Notes under the pieces: model-generated
The model's input: only the letters and a program-made list of their open reading frames with translations
Told to the model about the DNA's origin: nothing
Databases searched by the model: none
Position numbers and translations under genes: made by a program
DNA from: Patescibacteria group bacterium
GTDB taxonomy: Bacteria > Patescibacteriota > Minisyncoccia > Phycocordibacterales > BOKC01
Direction of reading: 5' to 3'
Assembly: GCA_038062955.1 (NCBI GenBank)
Contig: JBBTWE010000001.1
Coordinates: 101,411-165,410, forward strand
Length of the DNA: 64,000 nt
Shown here: piece by piece, positions 46,988 to 57,730 of the stretch
Position numbering within the stretch: position 1 is the stretch's first letter
Layout: each line of letters starts with the position of its first letter

Positions 46988-47200
46988 ATGGATGATAAGG
47001 ATAACAACTTCAATATTACATTTAAGAATGGTGCCTTAAAAAAGCTAAAAAAAGTAGCGAATGATTTGAATATATCAGAAGATCGACTTGGTGAAGTTTT
47101 AACTAAAGGAATTAATTTAATTGATCTAGCCAAAGAAGGTTCCATAGTTACTATTAAAAAAGGAAAAGAAGAATACGCCATTGATCTCCGCCTGTTGTAA
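46988..47200 (+). CDS. hypothetical small protein
   Basis: 70-aa ORF immediately after the IS. Confidence 0.3.
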   Translation: MDDKDNNFNITFKNGALKKLKKVANDLNISEDRLGEVLTKGINLIDLAKEGSIVTIKKGKEEYAIDLRLL

Positions 47201-47210
47201 GTAAATATTT

Positions 47211-47528
47211 ATGGCTACCAAGAAAAATACTATTGATGATATCCGCTCTACTGAACTCCCTGCGTTTAGGCGAATCCAATGGTTTGAAACTGCAAAAACT
47301 ACTATACAAATTTTCTTAATGTGTATTCTTGCTTTATCTCTTCTTGCATTTCTTATTCTCCTAATAATTGCTGGTGTTACACAAGATGTATTACCAGATA
47401 TTGCTGGTGTTCGTGCTTTATCACAGCTTTTTGTAGAAATAGCCTTAAATGCAAAGGCTGTTGCTTTATTTGCACTAGGTTTTTTCTTTCGTGAATATTT
47501 AAATAATTCAAAAATTGCTGTCAAATAA
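47211..47528 (+). CDS. hypothetical membrane protein
   Basis: 105 aa, two TM helices. Confidence 0.35.
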   Translation: MATKKNTIDDIRSTELPAFRRIQWFETAKTTIQIFLMCILALSLLAFLILLIIAGVTQDVLPDIAGVRALSQLFVEIALNAKAVALFALGFFFREYLNNSKIAVK

Positions 47529-48302
47529 TAGTTTGACTAAAAAATTGATTTTTATCCACAGTTTTGCTAGGATAGCGAGCTAATAAGTTGTAGAATTAAA
47601 TAAAGCAAAACATCCCCTTTTCGGGAATGCTTTGCCAAGTCAACTTCTAGGAAGACTTTGAAACCGCTACTTTAACGAGGGCGGTTTTCAATTGGCCTCG
47701 TCTGTCTTCATTGGCTGGAAATACGATCCAACTACCATTATGGTGTTGGCAAACCATATTTCCATCACGACCAAGAAAACAGAATGCGAATCTTGAACTC
47801 ATTTTGTTTGTCGTTTACTCCGATCCGCTGTTACAGACCAACGGCGTGGAATGATTTTACATCGACCATCAAATCACTCAAAAAATATACATGGAGATAC
47901 TTATTGAGAGATATAAATGACAAACAAAAAAGCCCCAATGACCGAGGCTTGTAGGTTGCAATAGTTACCCATTGCTACCCTGCACTCGCAGGGCTTTTGA
48001 CCCCGCAAGCACCCGTCATTAGAGCTTTTACTTTTTTAGTGTACCGCATAGCACTTTCAAAGTCAAAAATCCCTATAACAAAATCCTCGGTCGCTTTTCA
48101 TTAAAACTTAGTCTCCGAAAAGCTAAAGACCTATAAATAATAACAAGTACAAAATTCGTGTCAACTACTTTTTCCCCAAGTTTGTTGTGAAGGGAGATAT
48201 GTGGAAATTTGATGAAATAAATAATAAGCCTATATATAAGGCTTTTTAAGCTTTTTATTTGAGAGAAGTTGCTTTACTTTTTGATTATATCCACAGTCAC
48301 CT

Positions 48303-48920
48303 TTAGTGTCTTCCTTGAAGAGCATTTTTGATTGTTTCTGGATCAGAGTATTCAAGTTCTGTTCCAAGTGACAGTCCCTTACCTAAAGATGAAATATTAA
48401 ATTTATATTTTTCACTTAAGGCAGATAATTCTCTCTTCACAATTATTGTTGTATTTTCTCCTTCTGGGTTAAAATCCATAGCGATAATAATTTCTTTTAA
48501 TTCTCCAGCTTGACCAGCCTTATCAACCTTTTCCAGAAGTTTGTTCATCCTTAATTTTTTGAATGGCGGTTTATCAAGAATCGGTATGGTGCCACCCAAG
48601 ACAAAATATTTACCACTAAAAATTCCAGATTTTTCAATATTTTCGAGATCAATTTCTCGGCTTACAATCATTAGGGTATTTTCGCGTTTAGTATCTCGGC
48701 AAATTTTGCATAATTTCTCTTCTTTCTGTTGCCCGAAAAAAAATCGAAAACAATTTCCGCAAGTGCTGGCGGTTTTTTTTAGATTAGACATTTGTCTGGC
48801 CAAATCTTCAACGAATCCTTGATCTTGAGACAACAAAAAAAAGACAAATCTTTTTGCTTGTCTTTGACCGATTCCTGGGAAACGGGAGAATAGTTCTGCT
48901 AATTTATTAGTATGTTCCAT
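48303..48920 (-). CDS. recR: recombination protein RecR
   Basis: HhH N-terminus FPGIGQRQAKRF, C4 zinc finger CGNC...CKIC, Toprim; 205 aa. Confidence 0.9.
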   Translation of the reverse strand: MEHTNKLAELFSRFPGIGQRQAKRFVFFLLSQDQGFVEDLARQMSNLKKTASTCGNCFRFFFGQQKEEKLCKICRDTKRENTLMIVSREIDLENIEKSGIFSGKYFVLGGTIPILDKPPFKKLRMNKLLEKVDKAGQAGELKEIIIAMDFNPEGENTTIIVKRELSALSEKYKFNISSLGKGLSLGTELEYSDPETIKNALQGRH

Positions 48921-48940
48921 AAATAGATTCTTTTATTACT

Positions 48941-49045
48941 AGAAATTTTGGTTGCAGATCAAGGCGCAAGTGAGGAGCGAACCGAGGCGTATTAGACAAT
49001 ACGACGAGGGAGCACCGGAGCGAAGCAACGCAGAGATGCGCCAAA
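48941..49045 (+). repeat. structured repeat / candidate ncRNA family R3, copy B
   Basis: TGCAGATCAAGGCGCAAGTGAGGAGCGAACCGAGGCGTATT-AGAC-AATACGACGAGGGAGCACCGGAGCGAAGCAACGCAGAGATGCGCC; about 85% identical to copy A with loop-only changes in hairpin 1. Confidence 0.55.
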
Positions 49046-49059
49046 AGGACTAGTAATAA

Positions 49060-50433
49060 TTAGAATTCTTCGAATTCTTTCTCTGATCCGCCAAAATTTC
49101 CTTTAGCAATAGTTTGGAAGGTCGCTTTTTTATCGTTGAAGAAAAGATCAACTTTGCCGGTCTCACCATTACGATGTTTCTCGATTAGAATTTCTGCGAT
49201 ATTTGTCCGATCAGAATCTTCTTTATATTTATCTTCACGATGAATAAACATAACGACGTCTGCGTCTTGTTCTATTGAGCCCGAATCACGAAGATCAGAA
49301 AGTCTTGGGCGTCCTCCACGGCTTTCGACAGCTCTTGAAAGTTGGGATAGCGCCAAAACAGGAACATCCAGCTCGCGTGCTAAATTTTTAAGTGAACGGG
49401 AAATTTCCGTTACTTGCTGAACGAGATTTTCATTGTGTCGACTTCCTGTGGGAAGCATCAGTTGTAGATAATCAACGATGATAAGTTTTAAATCTTTTTC
49501 GGCTTTAAGCCTTCTCGCTGTCGCTCTCATCTTGATAATATTATTTCCCGGTTGGTCGTCTATGTAAATCGGGGCAGTTGAGAGTTTATCAAGAGATTGC
49601 CTAATCGAAGTAAAATCTTCTTCTCGGGATAATTTTCCAGTTCGGAGTTTCCACGCGTCAACATTGGCTTGAGCGGCAAGCATTCTATCAACCAACTGTT
49701 GAGAACTCATTTCCAGAGAGAATATGCCGACTGAATTATTGTGCATGACCGCTGTTTGTCTAGCGATATCGAGAGCCAGAGAAGTTTTTCCCATCGATGG
49801 TCGTGCCGCCAGAATAATCAAATCTGATTTTTGAAGTCCCGCCAATTTGTGATCAATGTCAGGAAAACCTGTGGCGATACCTCTCATTTCACCTTTGGAG
49901 TTGTGCAACTTATCTAATCTTTCCCACGCTTCCTCCAATTCATCTTTTATTTCTGTAAATTTAAATGTGCCTCCGCTTGATGTGACATCAAAAATTTTCT
50001 TTTCTGCTCTGTCTAAAATTTCTTCCAAATCGCTCTCTTCCTCATAGCCTAGATTTGCGATATGTTCAGACGCTTCAATAAGGCGTCTCATGACGTGTTT
50101 TGTTTTAACAATTTCGCCGTAGTGACGGACGTTTACAGCTGTCGGGACGCTATTTAAAAGTTCGGCAAGAAAGCTCGATCCTCCTATTTCATCCAAACTG
50201 TTTTTTTCTTTGAGACGAGCAGACACAGAAAGCAAATCAATCGGGTTATTTTTCTTGAATAAATCTTGGACTGCATCGTAAATCAACTTATGTTTTTTTG
50301 AGTAAAAGGAATTTCCATTAATTATGTCCACAATTTCATATATTGCTTCGGCACGAAGCATCAAAGAACCGAGGAGCGCCATTTCAGCTTCCAGGTTTTG
50401 TGGTGGAATTTTTAATCGAGTGTTTGTTGCCAT
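49060..50433 (-). CDS. dnaB: replicative DNA helicase DnaB
   Basis: N-terminal DnaB domain (NLEAEMALLGS), Walker A ARPSMGKTSLAL; 457 aa. Confidence 0.95.
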   Translation of the reverse strand: MATNTRLKIPPQNLEAEMALLGSLMLRAEAIYEIVDIINGNSFYSKKHKLIYDAVQDLFKKNNPIDLLSVSARLKEKNSLDEIGGSSFLAELLNSVPTAVNVRHYGEIVKTKHVMRRLIEASEHIANLGYEEESDLEEILDRAEKKIFDVTSSGGTFKFTEIKDELEEAWERLDKLHNSKGEMRGIATGFPDIDHKLAGLQKSDLIILAARPSMGKTSLALDIARQTAVMHNNSVGIFSLEMSSQQLVDRMLAAQANVDAWKLRTGKLSREEDFTSIRQSLDKLSTAPIYIDDQPGNNIIKMRATARRLKAEKDLKLIIVDYLQLMLPTGSRHNENLVQQVTEISRSLKNLARELDVPVLALSQLSRAVESRGGRPRLSDLRDSGSIEQDADVVMFIHREDKYKEDSDRTNIAEILIEKHRNGETGKVDLFFNDKKATFQTIAKGNFGGSEKEFEEF

Positions 50434-50658
50434 GATTTATAACGCAATCATATCACCAAAGATAAGCGTTGCTCAAACGTGCGTATAATGTTGGTAAATT
50501 GGGGACAATGGAAGGACAAATTTCTTCTTATAATAGCGTCCTGCGCACTCGCATGTTAAATGTACCTTTTTGACTTGTCAGTGTATCTGTAGTATTTTGC
50601 TAGTTAGAAAACTCGTCAATTTCGACTTGTTTGCTACCATACAAAAAAAGGGGGCTGT

Positions 50659-50913
50659 ATGCGGAGCCTGTTCCTGTGTCTCATCACTGTGTTGTTCTCT
50701 AGCTGTTCCGGGTTGTTCATCTCTGAACACGAAGAGAGGATGATGAATCTTCCCTCCAACAACAGATCCGAACTCGAAGAGTTGGCGTTTCTCAACAAGG
50801 AGTTTGCTCGAATGAACGCCGCTCTCTACGGCCTCAACCGGCAAATGGAAGCTCTGCTCAATCGTCTCAAGGAGAGGGATGATAGGGATGAACTTGTCGG
50901 AAAAGGAAAGTAG
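50659..50913 (+). CDS. small lipoprotein (GC-rich islet)
   Basis: Signal peptide with lipobox LFSSC; 84 aa; followed by CTTGCAAG-based hairpin plus T-run at 50913-50950. Confidence 0.45.
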   Translation: MRSLFLCLITVLFSSCSGLFISEHEERMMNLPSNNRSELEELAFLNKEFARMNAALYGLNRQMEALLNRLKERDDRDELVGKGK

Positions 50914-51047
50914 AACTTGCAATTAGCTTCGGCAACTTGCAAGTTTTTTTAATTTCAAAAATTAATTAAAATCTATTTGACTCATATATTTTTAAATTCT
51001 ATTATATTTATCGGCTTAGTTCATTCCAAAGACCAAGGAGGAATCTT

Positions 51048-51338
51048 ATGGAGCGCGGAACAGATTGCACAAAGTGTTGTCTCGCGTCTGCTTTGTCCGT
51101 GATAGAGCTTCTGGAACAGGAGAGGAGGTCTTCTTCTTTTACCGCGATCAGATTGACACTGGTCGGGGCGATTCAGAAGATCTGTCACTCAATTGACGTG
51201 GTGACTCCAGGGCGAGATTTCACCGAATTGCTTGCAAGGCTCGAAAACGTCGAGAAATCGACGGATTCCAGTCACGTTAGGCAGAGTGTCAGAGACCTCG
51301 TGGTCGTATTGGGGCGTGGAAGTGAGGTCGAAGCGTGA
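51048..51338 (+). CDS. hypothetical protein (GC-rich islet)
   Basis: 96-aa ORF with a GGAGG-like RBS upstream. Confidence 0.3.
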   Translation: MERGTDCTKCCLASALSVIELLEQERRSSSFTAIRLTLVGAIQKICHSIDVVTPGRDFTELLARLENVEKSTDSSHVRQSVRDLVVVLGRGSEVEA

Positions 51339-51404
51339 GATCGTTCTCTCGGTGACGATCCTACGGTCAAAGGAGGTCGTACAGACGGCTTCCTTTTTTA
51401 TTTA

Positions 51405-52784
51405 CTACATTGATGAGATTGACGAAGGTCCGTCATTATCATTTACATTGAAACCTTCTTTTTTAATTAAATCTCGAAGTTCGTCTGCTTTTTTAAAATC
51501 TTTTTCTTTGCGAGCATTTTCTCTCTGTGTCATCAGATCTTTAATATTTTGTGGAATTTCAAGCAGGGGAGATTTATAGTTTTTAAGATTTAAGCCAAAA
51601 ACTTTATCAAATTCTAAAATTGTCGCTTTTCTCACGTCTTTACCTAGGGAGTCATCTTTCATGACTTCCCACAATAGAGCTAAAGCTTTTGGGGTGTCTA
51701 AATCATTCCCGATAATGGTTTTAAACTCCGAAACATATTTTGCATTCGGCTTCTTTTCATTCAGAATTTCTTCAGCAACAAAATGTCTTATTTTAGAAAG
51801 AGCCGTTTCCGAAGCTTCGAGGGCGTCCCAGGAAAATATTTGAGGTGATCGGTAGTGAGCTTGAAGAAAAAGTAATCGCAAAGATATTGGATCAAGATTC
51901 TTTTCCTCCAATTCTTTTAGTGTAATAGAATTGCCGGCAGACTTAGCCATTTTTCCACTCTGAAGAATTAAATGTTCGTTATGCATCCAGAAATGAGCCA
52001 TCGGCTTTTCTGTGGCGGATTCACTTTGAGCTATTTCATTTGTGTGATGTATGGGCTTATGTTCAATTCCTCCTGTATGAATATCAAAAGTCTCGCCTAG
52101 ATATTTCTTTGACATAACCGAACATTCTACATGCCAACCAGGGAAGCCAGATCCCCAAGGACTCATCCAACCAATTTTTTCATCACTTGCGAATTTCCAA
52201 AGAGCGAAATCGCGATCTTCTTTCTTTTCTGGGTTTTTTCCAATTCTGGATTCTCTATTTTCTTCTGGGTTACCAAATTTTATGTAATTTTTAATTTTTG
52301 ACGTATCAAAATATATTCCATCACTTGTCTTGTAAGTCAGATTTTTTTCTTCTAATTTTTTTATAAGTTCAATACTTTCTTTTATATGATCACTTGCGAA
52401 AGGTAAATGAGTTGGCTTAAGACAGTTCAGTTTATTTCTATCTTCAACATAAATTGCCGCATATTTTTGCGCTAACGTTTTCATGGCTTCCAAAGTAAAA
52501 GGCAGATTCTCCCGTCTAAGTCCTTTGGCCATTTTGTCTTCACCTTCGTCTTGGTCGGAAGTGAGGTGACCAAAATCAGTGAGATTTATAACTTGGTTTG
52601 TTTCGTATCCACTTAATTCAAAAAATCTTCGCAACAGATCCCAAATGACAGCTGAACGAAGATTGCCTAGATGTTGTCTGTCATAAACTGTCGGTCCACA
52701 GTGATACATGGAAACTTCACCTGTTTTTATCGGTTTAAATTTTTCTTTTTTATTCTTAAGAGAATTGAAAAGAGTGATAGTCAT
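51405..52784 (-). CDS. cysS: cysteinyl-tRNA synthetase
   Basis: HIGH region [18 protein letters not shown] variant KMAKSAGN, zinc ligands; 459 aa. Confidence 0.95.
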   Translation of the reverse strand: MTITLFNSLKNKKEKFKPIKTGEVSMYHCGPTVYDRQHLGNLRSAVIWDLLRRFFELSGYETNQVINLTDFGHLTSDQDEGEDKMAKGLRRENLPFTLEAMKTLAQKYAAIYVEDRNKLNCLKPTHLPFASDHIKESIELIKKLEEKNLTYKTSDGIYFDTSKIKNYIKFGNPEENRESRIGKNPEKKEDRDFALWKFASDEKIGWMSPWGSGFPGWHVECSVMSKKYLGETFDIHTGGIEHKPIHHTNEIAQSESATEKPMAHFWMHNEHLILQSGKMAKSAGNSITLKELEEKNLDPISLRLLFLQAHYRSPQIFSWDALEASETALSKIRHFVAEEILNEKKPNAKYVSEFKTIIGNDLDTPKALALLWEVMKDDSLGKDVRKATILEFDKVFGLNLKNYKSPLLEIPQNIKDLMTQRENARKEKDFKKADELRDLIKKEGFNVNDNDGPSSISSM

Positions 52785-53076
52785 GTTGTAAAAATCATAT
52801 CTTTTTTCTGCTATCTTTACAAACTCACGCGATTTTGGGCGAAGTTGGTGTTTTTTTAAAAAGGGTATAAAATTTAAGCAGAAGGGGACACAAGCACGAG
52901 AGACAGGAGGCCAGTGAAGCTTCGGTTGTGGTGGCCGCCTCGAGCCATGACGAGAAAGTAGGCATAAAAATAAGTTATGGCAGGGCTGGATTCCTTTTGG
53001 GGTCCAGCCCTATTTTAATCATCGAACTATTACGTCATCGTTGACCTGTCTATTTTTTTTTGAGATACTGGTATCA

Positions 53077-54315
53077 ATGGAAAACTCATCCGATCAAAAG
53101 AAATCCAGCAATCTCAAAATTTTTGTAATTACTGCGGTGATATTTTTTTCTGCTGGAACGTTTATTGGTTTTGGAAATCGTCCGGAAGTCTCAAAGGTTT
53201 ATGGTTTAGAGAATAAAGAAAATCCTTTAGAGGAAAAAATTGATTTTTCACATTTTTGGAAAGTTTGGAATTTGATTGAAGAGAAATATGTAATGCCGAA
53301 CCCTAAGTTAGAAACGAAACCGGCAACTCCTCAAGATAAGGTTTATGGAGCGATAAAAGGATTGGTTGATTCTTTAAAAGATCCAAATTCTGTTTTCTTT
53401 TTGCCGCCGGAAGCTGAAATCTTCGAAAATGAAATTAGCGGAAATTTTGAAGGTGTTGGAATGGAAGTTGGCATTCGTGATGAAGTTTTAATTGTCATTT
53501 CTCCACTTAAGGGCACTCCAGCAGAACTTGCTGGCGTGAAAGCAGAAGATAAGATTTTTCAGATTGATGAACAATTGACTGCCGGGATGAGTGTCGATGA
53601 AGCGGTGTCTCTAATACGCGGTAAACAAGGAACGAGCGTGACACTGACTTTGATTAGGGAAGGAGTTGAAGATCCAATAAAGATAAAGATTACCAGGGGG
53701 TCCATTGCGATTCCAACCATAGATTCAAAATGGATTGAGGATACGTTTGTTATAAGTTTGTATAATTTCTCTGCTAATGCCACTGATCTTTTTAGGGGCG
53801 AAATCAGAAAATTTATAGAGCAAAAGAAAAAGAATTCTAAATTAATTTTGGATCTTCGAGGTAACCCCGGCGGTTTTCTTGAGGCGTCCGTGGAGATTGC
53901 TTCATGGTTTTTGCCAGCTGGAAAAGTCATTGTTACAGAGGACTTTGCGGGAAAACGCGAAGAAATAATTCATCGCAGTAAGGGTTACGACGCATTTCCA
54001 AAGAATCTAAAGATGGCCATTCTTATCAATGGCGGATCAGCTTCAGCTTCGGAAATTGTTGCTGGCGCCTTGCAAGATCATAAAATTGCCAAACTTGTTG
54101 GCAGTCAATCATTCGGAAAAGGTTCGGTGCAAGAATTAATCCAAGTTTCTTCAGATACATCTGTTAAAATCACAGTAGCAAGATGGCTCACGCCTTTGGG
54201 GCACTCAATTTCTGTTGAGGGTCTGACGCCTGACTACAAGGTGGAAGTAAAAGAGGAAGATATTAAAGAAGAGAAAGATATTGTACTTGAGAAAGCTCTT
54301 GAAGTGCTGAAGTAG
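53077..54315 (+). CDS. ctpA: carboxy-terminal processing peptidase (S41)
   Basis: N-terminal TM, PDZ domain, S41 core LDLRGNPGG, catalytic Ser/Lys region; start trimmed to MENSSDQ. Confidence 0.85.
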   Translation: MENSSDQKKSSNLKIFVITAVIFFSAGTFIGFGNRPEVSKVYGLENKENPLEEKIDFSHFWKVWNLIEEKYVMPNPKLETKPATPQDKVYGAIKGLVDSLKDPNSVFFLPPEAEIFENEISGNFEGVGMEVGIRDEVLIVISPLKGTPAELAGVKAEDKIFQIDEQLTAGMSVDEAVSLIRGKQGTSVTLTLIREGVEDPIKIKITRGSIAIPTIDSKWIEDTFVISLYNFSANATDLFRGEIRKFIEQKKKNSKLILDLRGNPGGFLEASVEIASWFLPAGKVIVTEDFAGKREEIIHRSKGYDAFPKNLKMAILINGGSASASEIVAGALQDHKIAKLVGSQSFGKGSVQELIQVSSDTSVKITVARWLTPLGHSISVEGLTPDYKVEVKEEDIKEEKDIVLEKALEVLK

Positions 54316-54356
54316 TTGGAAAGTTTAATAAGCTGTATAAGTTAAAAAATATGGAT

Positions 54357-54506
54357 CCCGTAGTAGAATTTCAGGTTGCAAATTTTGGGTAGATAGAATA
54401 TGTTGATAAAAACTGAATAATTTATAAAATTAATAAAAATATTCAGGATAGTCCCGTAGTAGAAGCGAAGCTTTCACTACGGGACGACCTGAAATTTCAC
54501 TACGGG
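54357..54506. repeat. MITE-like element family R4 (TIRs CCCGTAGTAGAATTTCAGGT / ACCTGAAATTTCACTACGGG) with inner mini-hairpin CCCGTAGTAGAAGCGAAGCTTTCACTACGGG
   Basis: Direct read; right end fused to rplI start codon (CACTACGGG-ATG), as at 14191/14192. Confidence 0.75.
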
Positions 54507-54956
54507 ATGGAAGTTATATTCTTAAAAGATGTTCCAAAATTAGGAAAGAAAGATCAAGTCAAAAAGGTGCCAGATGGATACGCTTTAAATTTTTTGATAC
54601 CCAAAGGTTTGGTGAAAAAATCTTCAGCAAGCGAAATAACAAAGATTACAGAACAGAAAAAGAATAAAGAGGCTAATAATGAGAAGCAAGTTAAGGAATT
54701 TAAGGAAAAACTTGAAATAATAAAAAATACCCCAGTTAAGATTGCAGAAAACGCAAACGAAAAAGGCCATTTATTTAAAGCTGTAAGTAAAGAAGAATTG
54801 ATTGCGGCTATAAAAAAATACACCGCGCTCGATTTAGAGCCAGAGTGTATCTTTTTGAAAAAGCCTATAAAAGAAACTGGTGAGCATCAAGTCGGAGTGG
54901 AAAAATTCGGACTTAAGGCCAATCTGAAAGTTATTATAGAAGCCAGAAAGGTTTAA
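54507..54956 (+). CDS. rplI: 50S ribosomal protein L9
   Basis: [33 protein letters not shown]-terminal domain; 149 aa. Confidence 0.9.
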   Translation: MEVIFLKDVPKLGKKDQVKKVPDGYALNFLIPKGLVKKSSASEITKITEQKKNKEANNEKQVKEFKEKLEIIKNTPVKIAENANEKGHLFKAVSKEELIAAIKKYTALDLEPECIFLKKPIKETGEHQVGVEKFGLKANLKVIIEARKV

Positions 54957-55222
54957 ATCACATTTATTACTTTCTTGACCGATTCGGTATTGTCGAAGTT
55001 GACTTTTCTTTTCTTTTTAAATTCTATCAATCCTGCTTTTCCTGCGTAAAGAGTATGATCTTTTCCCATACCAACATTCTTACCAGGTAAAACATCTGTA
55101 CCACGTTGTCTAACTAAAACAGCGCCAGCAGATGCTTTTTCTCCCTGATTTACTTTAATTCCCAGGTATTGTGGACCTGAATCTCTATCGTTTTTTGTTG
55201 AGCCCCCTGCCTTTTTATGTGC
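54953..55222 (-). CDS. rpmA: 50S ribosomal protein L27
   Basis: [24 protein letters not shown]...VRQRGT...PG.NVG; start trimmed to MAHKK; short C-terminal basic extension. Confidence 0.85.
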   Translation of the reverse strand, partial: AHKKAGGSTKNDRDSGPQYLGIKVNQGEKASAGAVLVRQRGTDVLPGKNVGMGKDHTLYAGKAGLIEFKKKRKVNFDNTESVKKVINVI

Positions 55223-55477
55223 CATAAAATAATGAGCGAAGCGAATATATTTTATGAGCACCCCGTTCTAACTTTGCCTTACGATATCTCCCGCGCAATG
55301 CGGTGGCTGAATAAGCCAATCCGGTTTTGAGCGAAGCGTTGCGCTTATAAAAATGGGGCAGTTCGTCAATAAATCACCTCACTTTTATTGCATTTTGCAA
55401 AGTTTAGAATTGGGGTAGCCAATATTCTTCTTCCTGCTTAATTTTTCTAAAACTTTGTTATTATTAAACCCAAATCA

Positions 55478-55918
55478 ATGGCTATGAGTATAAAGAATAT
55501 TACAACAAAAATCAAGGGGTTCTGGCAGTCGGATACTGGCTTAAAAGACAAAGCCCTAACCATTGTCGTAATAGTGCTTGTTGGTACGGCTTCGTTTGGT
55601 CTTGGCCGACTTTCGGCTTTTGAATCAAAAAAAGAGCCTGTTACGATTGAAATGCAAGAATTTAAGGACTCGGATTCAGAAGTATTACCTTCTGGAAGCA
55701 AACCTTCTAGCGCAAAATCAAATCCAACTGTTTTGGGAGAAAATATAAGTAAAGAGGGTGGGGAAGTGGTAGCTTCAAAGACTGGCGATAAATATCATTT
55801 TCCTTGGTGTTCCGGAGCTAAAAGAATCACAGAAGCCAATAAAGTTTATTTTAAATCGATAGAAGAAGCCAAGGCCGCAGGTCTTACTCCGGCCGGAAAT
55901 TGCAAAGGGTTAAAGTAG
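55478..55918 (+). CDS. membrane-anchored protein with C-terminal Ada-like metal-binding domain
   Basis: N-terminal TM; C-terminal YHFPWCSGAKRITEANKVYFKSIEEAKAAGLTPAGNC parallels the Ada Zn domain FCRPSCRAR..ENVSFYANASEALAAGFRPCKRC. Confidence 0.4.
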   Translation: MAMSIKNITTKIKGFWQSDTGLKDKALTIVVIVLVGTASFGLGRLSAFESKKEPVTIEMQEFKDSDSEVLPSGSKPSSAKSNPTVLGENISKEGGEVVASKTGDKYHFPWCSGAKRITEANKVYFKSIEEAKAAGLTPAGNCKGLK

Positions 55919-56223
55919 GAGCGGGAAAATATTCTCATTTTTTAGATAAAAAAAGGACTCGACGACGTGTGTCATCGAGTCCCAGTGTACCGAGGGAGGG
56001 CAGTTATGTTGAGACCGAGGCGTAGATTGCAAGAGGTGGTTAATGATCAGGTTGTAATGCCCGACTTTCACCATGTTGGTTCTGGACCCCGCTTTTTTAC
56101 CGCCGAGAACTCAGTACGCTCCTCATAGACTCTAGCAAACTGACATTTTTTGTCAAATTGTTATCGTCGCAAGATTTTTGTAGTGTAAAAATCAAAAGTG
56201 CAAAACTAAGATATAATAAATTC

Positions 56224-56814
56224 ATGATTATTCTAGATATCGAAGCGTCGGGACCAAATTGTTGGAAAAACGGTATTTTAAGTATTGGAGCGTTGGATTT
56301 CAATGACTCGTCTAGAGAGTTCTATGAAGAGTGTAGGCTTCGAGAAGGTGCGCATATAGACGATGAAGGTCTTGCTGTAAACGGTTTTACTCGCAAGGAT
56401 ATAGCAGATCCAAAAAAGAAAACAGAAAAAGAAATAGTACAGAGTTTTTTTGGTTGGTGTATGCAAAGCAAAGAGCACACCATCGGCGGGCATAATCCAT
56501 TTTTTGACGTTTTGTTTTTACAGTTTGCCTGCGAAGTTCACAAACTCAATTTCCCTTTAGCTCACAGAATGGTTGATCTTCATTCAATATGTTTCTATCA
56601 CATGATAAAAAAGGGGATTGAACCGCCGACAAACAAAGGAAGAAGCGCTTTAACATCGGACACAGTGATGAGCTATGTTGGAATTTCTCCCGAACCGAAG
56701 CCTCATAACGCTTTTAGGGGTGCAAAATGGGAGGCCGAAGCTTTCATGAGGTTGCTTCACGACAAGTCTCTGTATCCGGAGTTCAAATCCATGAAAATTC
56801 CATGGAAGATTTAG
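56224..56814 (+). CDS. DEDDh 3'-5' exonuclease (DnaQ-like)
   Basis: Exo I MIILDIEASG, Exo II GGHNPFFDVLFL, Exo III H....DA; start trimmed to MIILDIE. Confidence 0.7.
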   Translation: MIILDIEASGPNCWKNGILSIGALDFNDSSREFYEECRLREGAHIDDEGLAVNGFTRKDIADPKKKTEKEIVQSFFGWCMQSKEHTIGGHNPFFDVLFLQFACEVHKLNFPLAHRMVDLHSICFYHMIKKGIEPPTNKGRSALTSDTVMSYVGISPEPKPHNAFRGAKWEAEAFMRLLHDKSLYPEFKSMKIPWKI

Positions 56815-57073
56815 TCAAGATTTATATTAAAAAATGGCTCTATAGAGCCATTTTTTAGAACTATCACATAAGCAATTAAACAATAAAAATCGATTTTTGT
56901 CATTGACAAATAGACTAGACTGTGCTAGTCTTATTGCAACTCAGCTGAAAGGCTGGGTTTTCAATTTTAAACCGAGCTCTCACCAAATCATGTGATTTTA
57001 TGTGAGTTCGGCAAACCCGATTACTAACGAAACCAAGACAAGTAACCGGGCAAATTAAATAGAAAAATAACCT

Positions 57074-57532
57074 ATGACAAAAATGATTATACTGTTTTTG
57101 GCGACAAGCTTAACCGGTATAAACTCACCGGTTAGTCTGCTTACGCCAATGCATGAAGCTTCTGGTGAAAAAGTAACTATCGTTGATTCTGGGATTAAAG
57201 AGATAGAGAGTGAAAAAACTGTTCAATCGACTGAAGAAATAGTAAAAAACTATTTCGCCGATGCTCCCATCATGGTGGAAATCGCCAGATGTGAATCGAC
57301 CTTTAGACAAATCAACTCTAAAGGAGAAGTCTTGAGGGGTGTAGTTAACAGCCGTGACGTTGGTGTTATGCAAATTAACGAACGTTTTCACGGTGATACT
57401 GCAGAAAAGATGAATGTCGACATTTATTCTATAGATGGAAATCTGGAATATGCCAGACATCTATATGAGAAACAAGGTACAAAACCTTGGAAAGCTTCAG
57501 AAAAATGTTGGAAAGGTAAAGGAAACGTCTAA
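57074..57532 (+). CDS. secreted lysozyme-like / lytic transglycosylase-like domain protein
   Basis: Signal peptide; IARCESTFRQ...VGVMQIN resembles the catalytic Glu and MQ motif of SLT/lysozyme-like folds; rho-independent terminator at 57549-57575. Confidence 0.45.
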   Translation: MTKMIILFLATSLTGINSPVSLLTPMHEASGEKVTIVDSGIKEIESEKTVQSTEEIVKNYFADAPIMVEIARCESTFRQINSKGEVLRGVVNSRDVGVMQINERFHGDTAEKMNVDIYSIDGNLEYARHLYEKQGTKPWKASEKCWKGKGNV

Positions 57533-57730
57533 ATAAAGATAATTCCACAAAAACCCCGCGTAAGCGGGGTTTTTGTATTCATGAATCTTAAATCTTGAAT
57601 CCCGCTTGTTATTAACTTAATTGGTGGGGAGCGAGGAGAGAGGTATAATTAAACAAGATTATTCCGGCTAGCGAGCGGCATCGCGAGAATTTATTCTCAT
57701 GATGCGCGAGCGAAGACGGATCAAAGGGTT

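Noticed and set aside
47530-48300. Possible RNase P RNA, tmRNA or SRP RNA in the 770-bp ORF-free tract
   Set aside because: I looked for the P4 AGGAAAGUCCGGGCUCC motif, a tRNA-like 3' end with a tag ORF, and the SRP domain IV GGAA motif and found none. It is kept only as an unassigned possible ncRNA in the findings.
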